From the NCBI RefSeq assembly GCF_009914755.1, contig NC_060926.1: a stretch of 64,000 bases of DNA. One strand, written 5' to 3'. The notes beneath the pieces are model-generated. The model was not told the origin of the DNA. It saw only the letters and a list, made by a program, of their open reading frames with translations, and searched no databases. Of the stretch, positions 52,965 to 64,000 are shown in pieces. The translations under genes were made by a program, and so were the position numbers. Origin of the DNA: the human T2T-CHM13v2.0 reference genome, Homo sapiens. Every line of letters begins with the position of its first letter. The stretch's first letter is position 1.

Positions 52965-53559
52965 TAAAGGGACCATATTAAAAATATAAGCTGTGCCTTG
53001 AGTTTATTTGACACTGAAGACAAGCACCTGTGACAATCTTCATCAAATCCAGACTGCATATTTGGCATCCATTTAGCAAGCTCTTTGGAGCTCCATGAGG
53101 TTGGTACCAATATCACCCATTGGTGACGGAAATGTAGTTTAACTCATCTCCAAAGTGCCTTATATGTTATGGGGCTCAGTGGTATGGATTCTAGGATTAC
53201 AGGACTCAGACTTTAGTTAATTACTGTTTTAAATTTTTCAGTTTAAATCAGAATACAAAGAGCAGAGACTGGAGAGTGACTCTCCTTTAGGGCTCATGCC
53301 TGATGAGGTTGGAGGGAATAATATTGGTAATTCTCCTTTATATATTTAGAAAATGATGTTTTTCATTTCCTCTCCATCTTTCTTAGGAGGGTTTCAAAGA
53401 GCCCCAGTGGTAGTTTCAGTGGGAGAGCCTTGGTTTTATATTGTTCCTTCAAGGTATATCAGCATTTTAAGTGCACAAATCCCATCATGGTCAGAAAGAA
53501 AATTAACCAACACATATGCACATTTAATACATTATCTGTTAAACCTTTGGGTGGAAGGG

Positions 53560-54330
53560 AACTCTTTATTCAAAACCAGAAACCTAGAAACTCTGAATGA
53601 GAAGATAAACATATTTGATTATATAAAACAGTTTTATATAATTGATAAATTAGGGAAAATGTTTGCAATGCATATAATGAACAAAGGCTTTTATCTCCTA
53701 ATATAGAAAGAGCTCCTGTGAATTTATAAGAGAAAGACAACTCATAGAAAACTTGTCAGAGAAAATAAATAATTCAGAGAAAGAAAAGTCCAATGGCCAA
53801 TAAGCACATAAAAAAGGACTTAATCTTGTGGATAGGAAAGTTCAGGTGGAAACAATGAAACGCTGTTTTAAACCCAGCAGATGAACGAAAGTTAAAGGGA
53901 GTCTCTGGTGTTGGGATGATGCTGGGAAATGGACATTGCTACTGGGAACCTGACTCACTTCCCATTCTTAGGAGAGTACTTCAAAAATAGTTATTAAAGG
54001 AAAAACATGCAAACCTCTGTCGGAACTCTCTCACATCTGGGAATCTATCCTAAAGGTGTATGTACAAAGATGTTTATTAGATCACTATTTGATGTCTATC
54101 ACTAGGGAGAGGCTAAAGAAAGTGTGCTGTATCCACACTGTGGAATATTATGCCGCTCTTAAAAGACAAAGTTTGATCTATATCTGTTAACTTGAAAGAA
54201 TGGTATTTTTTAAATATAAAAAACAAATTGCAAATTAATTTTATGGCATAATATTGTTTTCTAAAAATAAAAACATGGACTTTAAAAATCAAATATATAC
54301 TTCTCTGGTTACAATGATCACACATTACAT
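53560..54330 (+). mobile_element. Old L1M/L1ME fragment
   Basis: ctaatatagaaagagctcc, caatggccaataagcacat, tgggaatctatcctaa ORF2/3'UTR-like motifs. Confidence 0.6.
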
Positions 54331-54610
54331 TCATAATTTAGAAAAGAATATAAGGAAAAGACAATTGTCAAATAGAGCCCTGAGATTCCAAGATGCTCAA
54401 GGACTACAGATGAGGGTCACCTGCCTCATTTGTCCAGTGGCCTCCCCCTGAGCAGGGCTGTGTGGAAGCACATACCTCTGGGGACATCACATAGCAAAGG
54501 GGCTGAGCAGTGTGTGGCCATCTGGTCTCCCAGTGTCCAGAGATGTCCTTCTCCAGTCCACTCCAGTCTTCTTTACACTGTGACCAAAAGTGATGTTTCT
54601 AAAACATCAC

Positions 54611-54991
54611 CGATATAGTTTGGCTGTGTCCCCACCCAAATCTCATCTTGAATGGTAGCTCCCATAATTCCCTCAAGTTGTGGGAGGGACCCAGTGGGAG
54701 ATAATCGAATCATGGGAGCGGTTTCCCCCATACTGTTCTCATGGTAGTGAATATGTCTCACGAGATTTGATGGTTTTATAAGGGGAAACCCCTTTTACTT
54801 GGCTCTCATTCTGTTTGCCTGCTGCCATCCACGTAAGACGTGACTTGCTCCTCCTTGCCTTCCATCATGATTGTGAGGCCTCCCCAGCCACGTGGAACTG
54901 TGAGTCCATTAAACCTCTTTTTTTTTTTTTTTCTGTAAATTGCCCAGTTTTGGGTATGTCTTTATCATCAGTGTGAAAATGGACTAACACA
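54611..54991 (+). mobile_element. THE1 (MaLR) solo LTR
   Basis: gatatagtttggctgtgtccccacccaaatctcatcttgaa...attaaacctc...ggactaacaca; degenerate 5-bp TSD atcac / gtcat. Confidence 0.9.
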
Positions 54992-57189
54992 GTCATTGTT
55001 CTGCTTAAAATTCTGGAAGGATTTCAATATTTCCCTACAGCATTCAGGATAAATTTCAGTCTTCTCAGCTTCCCCACCATGCTCATCCCCTGCTCTCTGT
55101 CCCCCGGCAGGCCTCCCATATGCTCCTCTTTAAACAGGGTGATCTGCTATGCCTGATGCTTTGCACATACTTGTCCTCTGTCTGGATTGCCTGTTCCATC
55201 CCGAACTTCTCTTCCTGCCCAGTTCCTGCTTGCCCTTTACAGAGCCAGGAATCATCTTTTGCCAGGGTGGTACCTGATGGCCTCCCCACTTCACACAGAG
55301 ACTCTTTGAGCCCCTATGGCACTCTTTTACTTGCATGGTAACAACCTTCTCTCCTTGAGAATGGCGAACTCTGGAGGGTGAAGATTGTGCCCGCCATCTC
55401 AGCACCTGTCACTTTGTGGGTTTATTCAATGAATGAAAAAAATGGGTTCTTACCCATGTTTAGTTCATTATTTAGTTATTAGGAGCTTAGCTTCCTGGTG
55501 TATTATATACTGAGAAGCACCAATGGTGAGTAACAAATCAGCAAGAGAATCATCATGTAAAGGTTTAACATCTGCTCTGTGCCAGGTGCCTGGGCCATGA
55601 AGATTATGTGGCTGCTAGTTCCACATGGCCCTAAGAAGGGAAGGTGAAACTCTCCCTCACCACCTAGCTGGTGGCAGGGAGGGACTTGAGGATCCAGAAG
55701 CCTGTCTGACTCACAGGCAGCCAGCCAATGTCATGATGTCCAAATAGTGTCCAAAAGTCAGAGGGGCCAACATCTGAGCTGCAGAGAGAAGCAGCAGGTT
55801 ATGGGTGATTATGTCTCCACAAGAGAGGGAGCAAAACAGACCAATCCCAAAACCTGAAGCAAAGGCGAGGGCGAAGTGGGATGGCTTCAGGCTTTTCTTT
55901 ACAGTGATAAGATGTCATAGCTACACTGGATAGTCCTGTAAGAACTCACCACTAACTATATTTACAGACATTAAACAAAAAGACCAACAGCTCCTAAAAC
56001 CATGGCCTTTGAGTTATGCTAACTTGGTAAATCTCAGCGAGGCACATGGTAAAATATTTAGAGCTTTTTTGAATCTATGCACATGAGCTGTCTGAAGGAG
56101 CCATTCATGAGAACCGGGCACTTTTGTAATCCATTACCTGCATTTTGATAATGAAATGATTGAATTTGGAGCTGAGAAAGATGGGAGCCTCGTCTGTCAC
56201 TTTCAGGTGAAGGAGATGAAGTCCCAGCAGCTCAGCGTCTGTGGTCCTGGCCGCGCGTTATCTGGCTTAACTCAGGTCTCTTCCCCACGAGGCCAGAGCC
56301 ACTGCATCACATCCTACTGTTGCCCCAGTCAGTGCTTAAGTGTGACAGCTTGCAACATCCCTGTCCTTGGGGAACCTCCTCGATTAGCTCCGGCTTAAAC
56401 CAGAGGCCTTTTCCTGGCTAATACCTGTCTGGGGACACCAGAACAGCGAGAGACGCCGTGTTGTTATCCTTAGGTTAAATCCTTGGAACACTGTTTCTGA
56501 TCATTTTTAAAGTTGTTCAGGGCTTACTCTGTGAGCAGATGGCCCCAGGATGTGACCCTTCCCTGGCACCACATCAAAATACTCATTTAAAAGCTTAACC
56601 ATACACAATGGCAACCTTATTAACTGCAATGCAAATGTACCTTTGGGAATTCTGAAGGAGTATTGGAGTGCTCTCTAGATGGTATTCAACAGAGAAAGGA
56701 AATGGATGTGAACATCTGTGATTATTCTACATTAAAATTATCGATCACAGGGCCTGTGTGGCTTATCAGCGGCAGGAAGTGAATTTAAAGTCAGTAAATG
56801 ACTCCAGGTCGACTTACCAGGAGCTAGGGCATTTATAAGCATTGTGCCCTGAAGATAAGTTCACCCCAGGCAGTTCTGAAAAGGACTCGTCAAACATGTC
56901 CTGCTGTAGAATAATTTCTAAAAATGTTTTTCAGATCTTAGGAGTAATATAAACATGCAGAAAAGTAGAAGGAAGAAAATAATGACCTGATACAAACTAA
57001 AGGTTTGAGTGCTGTGTGAACAGTCTAAGGGAGGTTATTGAATTGGGGTGAAAAGAATAGAAAAAAGAGCGCAGATAATTGTAATAGTAACAATAGCTAA
57101 TATTTATTGAAGCTTTCCCATGCTGGGCACAGGTTCAAGTGCTTTACAGGGGTCGCCTCATTTAATTATTACTCATTTCTGTGTAGGTG

Positions 57190-57761
57190 TGTAGCCGGTG
57201 GGCTAGTTCAGGTTCTTGACTTTGGGACAGAAAATAATTTGAAAGTGAGTCAAAAGCAAAAGCAAGCAAGAGAGTTGACTGCAAAGCCAAAGTACACTCT
57301 AGCAGCCGGTCAGAACGGGCCACTCAAAGGCAAGACAGCTCTGTCTAATACTGGGGGATCTCCCTTTATGGGAAATTTGCATGATTATTCATGAAGGGGT
57401 GGTAAGGGGTGTTGCTATTAAGCATGTTAGGAGTGGTTTCTTAGGTCCACATGTGCAGTGGCTGTACATGCTAGTACATCCATCGCATGTCTTATAAGCA
57501 TTTTAAATCTCCACCTGGGGGTGTGTTTTTTACTATTATAATGAGCACAGGTCAGCCCAAGGACACTAATCACAGGTTTCTGTGCTTGTACAAATGTGGG
57601 GATTTTTCTCTTCTGCTCCTGCCTTTTTGCTGTAGGGTGTTCTAACCACGAGCTCAGGATGCGGTCTGTGCACTGTTAGGTGGTTTGTTCTCTTCATCAA
57701 TTTGACAAGTTTCTTGTTTCCTGTCAAGGGAGGCTCTGACCACCTCATCTAACCTGCCTCA
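57190..57761 (-). mobile_element. ERV1-class solo LTR inserted in a MIR, subfamily uncertain
   Basis: TG...CA termini (reverse complement starts TGAGGCAGG); 4-bp TSD ggtg; MIR halves on both sides. Confidence 0.7.
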
Positions 57762-60700
57762 GGTGCAGCCTTATTGCCATTTTACACGTAAGGAGTGGGA
57801 GGCAGAGAAAGGTTAAGTCCCTGATGTTAAGGGAAGAGATGACATGGAAACATATGAATATAATATATATAATATAATGTAATACAAACAGCATGGAGAG
57901 GCTATTTGCAGAGGAGGGAGTTATTAATTGTGAGATTGTTGGCTGGGGGAGCCTAGGATCTGCAGCAGCAGCTAGGTGGAGGTGATGTTTGCTTGAAAGA
58001 TCATGTACCCAGAGCCCCAAGTGTTGGTAGGAGAGGTAGAAGCAGGGGAGATAATGTTAGTCTAGGGAGGAATCAGCAGCCGGGGAGGGTGGAAATGTAG
58101 GCAGGGGCTAGGTTATGGAGAGTCTTTTATAGTATATTAAAGAATTTGGACTTTTTCCTGAAGTTGAAGAGAAATGTCATGGGTCTTCGTGCAAGTATAT
58201 GGCACAGTCTTAGTTGGTTATTCTGTTAGCAATATACTAACCTGAATTATCAATTCCAAAATCAGTGTGATCCAATCGCTTGTCATCTCTTACTGCTGGC
58301 TGTTGTTGGCTTTGTACCTGCTTTTTTGATGTTGCAGAATGAGAGGGGAACCAGGATGTGTTACACAGTTTAACATACACACCAGCGCATCAGAGAGAGC
58401 GAAAAGTCACTGTCACCACGGGCCATGGGGCAGTACTGGCTAGATACTGCCTGTGTGCTGGGGAAGGAGCGACAAAGGAAAATCCATGAAATCTACGCAA
58501 AGTTTGGAGGAGGTGTCCATCTGATAGGGAATTAGCTGACAAGTTTCTTGTATTTCAGTGTATTTGAAAATTCTGCCATTGTTTTAGCATCTACTTTTTC
58601 CTTGTGAATTTTTTGCAGACTTTGCATTCTGTTCTGTGGATCTGTCTTTGTATTTTGGTTTTTACTACCAAATGGCTTTGATTACTGAAGTATTTTTTTC
58701 TTTTAGGCGTTCTAACATCTGTTGTACAAGTTTCCCTCATTATTCTTATTCAAAACTTTTCTGGCATTTCTTGTATATTTAATTGTACAGAGGAGCCTAA
58801 GGCTTATCTTGTGGATTCTTTCTTCTTTCTCCTTCCCCCAAAAATTCTTGTGAATATTATTATGATGATGTTAGGTTTGTAGAATCATTTAAGGGAATTT
58901 GGCATCTTACTATTGAGAAGAAATGCTATGATTTTCATTTATTCAAACATATATAATTTCCCAGTAAAGTTTTATGGTCTTTTTCATATGGATCTGGCAG
59001 ATTCCTTGTTAATTTGTTTCCAGCCACTTATGGTAGGGGGAAAAAAGTAAGGTACTTTTTCTATTATGTTTTTTCAGTGACTACGTTTTGGTACGTAAGA
59101 AGGTTATTAAAGTTTTCCTTATTTATTCTGGAATGAGTCTCCTTACTAAATTACTTTTCTTTTTTTTTCTTTTTATCATGTCATGGAAAGTTCCTCCTCT
59201 TTTTTGTTTATTAAGCTCCTTTCTCTTTCTCTTCCTAATCAGAAAAGGATGTTATATGTTGCCAGAAGATTTCTAGCAGTTATTGAAATGCTATTTTTCC
59301 CTTTGATCTAGTATTATGATGCATTGTACAAAAGATGAATGACATAAATGTTCTTAATATTTAGTCATCCTATTCCATGGTCATGGTGTGTTATTCTTTT
59401 AAGGTACTTCTGGACTTCATTTATGTACAAAGTGATCTGAATTCTAAACGTCTGTTCCCTCTTGGTACCAGTTCCACTCTCAGTGAGTTTCTGAACTGCT
59501 GTCCCTCTGCATGGCCTCTCCTTCCTCCTCCTCTCCTGCTCAGCTGGTTTCAGGAGATGGACCTCAGCTGTCACTGCATGTCTCCAGCCAGCTAGGTGTT
59601 TGCCAGGGACAGGACGCCAAGGGCACAAGATATCGCTGGAGATGCACAAAGGGAAAATTGCAGAATTCTCTCAGGGACAACACCAGATGGCCACTGGTTG
59701 TCAAGGAGACTTTAAGAACCATCTCAGATGGGGCGGGTGAGACCCTGGGCATGAGAGATGGTCTCTAAGCTGCTACAATGCTTGCTTTGCTGAGGGGGTG
59801 TGCACGTGCTGGCCCAGAAAATCCTTTTCTGCAGAGTTCAGTCTCCCCTTTACAGAATTTGAAAACAATGTCTACAGAATATAAACATTGTTTTAGGAAA
59901 GCAGGTGGAAGCATTGCTCCATTAGGAGCCCCCCTCTGGAGAACCCTCATGTCTATTTGGCTGAGTCCTGGACTGACTTGAGAGAAAAAGAACATTTTGG
60001 AAGCTGCTGCCATATGGGTCAGCTGTACCTCGGTGTATAAATAAATCTCAGCCTAGCCAATCCTGAATATGCATTATTTATGCAAAACGGCTTTTGGGTA
60101 TTAATGTCCAGTTATCAGCTGGTTCATTCACACCCCCTGGGATGCCCATAAGAGTTCTTGCTATTTGTCTGGGAAAGCATTGCTGCTCACTGGATCCACC
60201 TTTGCCCTTGAGGTACAGAGGAAGCTACTCTTCCAGCAGGAGGGGCCGTGCAGTCAACCCAGTTGTCCTGAGGAACAAATGATTGGTGACCTATGAGGCA
60301 GAGCTCTTTAAAAGTAGGGAATGATACAAACACAAAGCCTTATTCATGGGCACTGGCCTACGTGCACTGTAGCTCAGGGATCACAGACTTTCTCTGTAAG
60401 GGCCAGCTAGGGTCATTGGTCAGATGTGTCAAAAGAAGCAGTATTCAGTGATGCTGTACCCACCTGCACCTCCCTGCTTTGTAAAAGCCATTCTTAGCTC
60501 ATGGACTGTACAAAAACAGGTGGGGGGCTTGGCTTGGTCCCAAGTTGCAGTTTTCCAATCCCTATTTTAGATGATCTAGAAGACATGTTTTTCCCTGACT
60601 CCAAGTGGCCACTTAAGCCATGGTGCAATAAATCTCTTCCTACTTGGACTCTTGTGGGCTGCGTTTCCACTCTGAGCTCTCTGAGGAAGATGGGGGGCCC

Positions 60701-62029
60701 ACTTGCCAGAGAGAATGCTTTCCCCTGCTCTGAGCATCCTGGAAGTTTCTCTTTTCAATAGGACTTATTGCTTCCTTTGGAATAATACCTCAGAAAACAA
60801 CATCAATGCACAAAAATGGATGCAGTTGTTTTGATTTTTTCTTTGGTGTTAGAGTTTTGGGAAGTCAGTATAATCCATTTTTTGACTAGATATATAGTCA
60901 AAGATTTCTATTTCCTTTTTTGAAATAGAGCATCTATTTCTTTTTTGGAAATACAACATTGCTTAAAGTATTTTCACATTCATCTCTTCTTATTTTTAGG
61001 TTAAATTCCCCAAACTCGAATATTTCAAGTTACTTCTAGGGACAATAATTTGAATGGTAATAGTTGTTCTGGCCCAAGTAGTAAACTGATTTCTGGCAAG
61101 TTCTTAGCCTGAACTTCCCTAATCGGGGGCTGCTGCATGCACACGTGTCTCGTTGCAGCCGCAGAAACATGCAGTGCATTTTGTAGGCAACAGAACCAGC
61201 TGTGGACTAGAAAGGGTGGATGATGATGCTTGCTATTAGCCTCAAAGCAGCCTGACCTACATTTGGAAGAAACGCCAGGCTGGCTGCTAGATTTGACTGG
61301 CTGCACTATAATACATCCCAGTCCTGGCTGTTTTTCACCTAAGTAATCTACCACTCAGGGTTGATGTGAGGATCAGTCAACCAACCAATTTACAGGCATA
61401 GCATAGGAGCTTACATGGAGGAGATGTTTAATAAACAGAAATCCTTTTCTTTTAAGGATCTCACCCTGTTCAAGAGGCACCTGCTACAAGTCTGCCTTAC
61501 ACGGGATCCAGGCCCTAGTGTAGATTGCAGAGGTGTTCCATTCGTCATTAAACACCAAGATAAACAAAGCTAAACTTTAAGCAAAGCCAATAACCATTGT
61601 CTGTGTTGGTCAGTGTTTTGCGTAGGTATCCGACATTTTTTTTTGCTTAAGATATTTAAGTCTAATGTAATGTACTAAGGTGCAAGAATGAGGTCTCGTA
61701 ACATATGTAATCGATTTTTCTGCCTGACTTTATTGAGGATGTTCCCCAGAATTTGGATAATTTAATGCTTCCCCCATCAGGATTTGCCTTCAAACAGTTC
61801 ATTGCACCTCTTTGGCTCTTGAAGGGATGATTTGATATTAGCAATAAAAATGTCTTGGATGGTTGAACTTTGCAAATTGTAATATGCTTTGTAGTTATCT
61901 AAAATGCTAAGCTAGCAAGTGGCCCAGTAAAATCCTTTTGAAATGAAGCATATCTCAAACCCATTTTTTGAAATAGAGCATTGCTTAAAACATTTCCTGC
62001 TCCCCTCTGTGAGGTGGTATCATGTAGCA

Positions 62030-62270
62030 GCGAAACAAATAGACGTGGGGCTGGATTGCGGGGTCCAAATCCCGAATTCAACACTTCCTAACTGGAGGAC
62101 TCAGACAATTCACTTACCTTTGTTGTGCCTCCATTTCCTGATCTGTTCATTGTAGATGATAATAGACATCATAGATAATAGACATACATCAGAGAGTTGT
62201 TTGTAGATTAAGCCAGTTAATTTAAGCAGACTGCTGGAACAGTGTCTGGTTTATAATAAGTGTTAGCTAT
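62030..62270 (+). mobile_element. MIR SINE
   Basis: gggtccaaatccc...ttgtgcctccatttcctgatctg...gagttgtttgtagattaa. Confidence 0.6.
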
Positions 62271-63190
62271 TTTATAGTTTTGGTTTAATTTGTAACAGAG
62301 AAATCCTTGGCATTATCAGTTTTGGAGTAAGACACAAAATGAACATTTTAATCATTATGGAAGTAATTCATACTCATTGCCTCATGCTGGAAAGCAAATG
62401 GAAAAGAGACTAAACAGCACTCAAAACATGATGCCCAAGGTGACTGCCATTTGTGGTTGATCTATTTCTCTTTGTGAATTGAGATCTGCATAACAAAACC
62501 GTATTGTAAGTACAAGTTTGAGCCTAATTATTTTCACTTAACATATATGATAAGCATTTCCCCATAATAAAACAATTATTCATAACTTTAATGGCTGCAT
62601 AATGTAATCATATTGATTAATCGTAATGTGTGACACATTTTCTTAGTGATGAACATTTAGTTTCTTTCTTTCTCTTTGAGTAGGGGGTGGGGGCAGCTGT
62701 TACATATGGTGCTGGTGGCCAACAGTCATGCATATATATTCATTTACATATATATTTTTTCTTAGTATTTCCTTATTCTTAGGGTAGATTCCCAGAAGTA
62801 AAGTCATTGGGTCAAAGGGATGAACATTTTTAAGGCTCTTGATAAACACTAACAAGCTGTTTTCTTCTCAGGCTGTTTACACTTAGACATGGATGAGGGC
62901 CACCATGCTAGTCCCAAGGGTGTTGACATCTTGGACCACTTTGTATCTAACATCATAAGAAATGAATAAAAAAAGAGAATCATTGAAAGATCTTGAAATA
63001 AAATAATTTTAAAGTTTGTTGAGCATTTTTTTGTGATTAAAAAAAAAAAAAAACCACCAAAAGCCAGACACACTTTTGACCCAGCATGAATTGAAGGTCA
63101 CTTTCACTTCCTGCTGAGTTATTTTGGCTCGTGTATCACTCTGGATTCTTCTCTCCTGTCTGTACTTAAGCTATTGCAGTAATAGCTTAA

Positions 63191-63634
<444 letters not shown>

Positions 63635-63927
63635 TAGCTGAAGAAAGCACTGTAGATCTGCCGGGATAGCCTGCTCTGTGGGGAATGAATGACTTTTGGA
63701 CAGATCGTGTAATAATAATGTAAATAGTATGTTGAACGGGCAGAATTCATGGGATAGTGTCCAATCATGACTTTGTTTTTGCTTTTCATTGTTCCCGTGA
63801 AATTTATTCTCTAGGAACCTTTAAATCTGACTCCAGCACGGTTTGTGACTCTTCTTAGGAGAATAGAAAATCTTAACAATTGTCATATTTGAGAAAACAT
63901 CATCTCAGTTTAGAAATAGGAATGTGT

Positions 63928-64000
63928 GGCCAGGCGTGGTGGCTCACGCCTGTAATCCCAACACTTTGGGAGGCCTAGGCGGGCGGATTGCCTGAGCTCA
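63928..64000 (+). mobile_element. Alu 5' end, cut by window edge
   Basis: ggccaggcgtggtggctcacgcctgtaatccca. Confidence 0.92.

Overview
This is primate DNA, almost certainly human (TRPM8 maps to chr2q37.1). It covers the middle of the TRPM8 cold/menthol receptor gene on the + strand. Nineteen coding exons (canonical exons 4-22, about c.192-c.3130, residues ~64-1044) have GT-AG boundaries and join into one uninterrupted frame. Together they encode the MHR domains, pre-S1, S1-S6, the pore loop and the TRP box. The gene start and the last exons lie outside the window. Introns are full of Alus, L1/L2/MIR fragments, DNA transposons (MER3, MER1A, MER5A, MER63, MER85) and solo LTRs (MER4A, LTR12C, THE1, MLT1, others). 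I found no new gene, RNA gene or CRISPR-like system. The most interesting signals are: (1) an L1PA insertion with both a twin-priming inversion and an apparent 21-nt 3' transduction; (2) an intact antisense LTR12C promoter with an internal 160-bp duplication; (3) a MER85 piggyBac MITE that keeps the PGBD3-binding palindrome; (4) an 88%-identical copy of the exon 13 branch-point region inside intron 13; (5) weak donor plus ATTAAA sites that would give truncated isoforms; (6) an in-frame pair of cryptic exons in intron 21; (7) inverted Alus around the in-frame-skippable exon 16-17 block. Repeat family names come from recalled consensus sequences, not a database search, and boundaries of old repeats are approximate.
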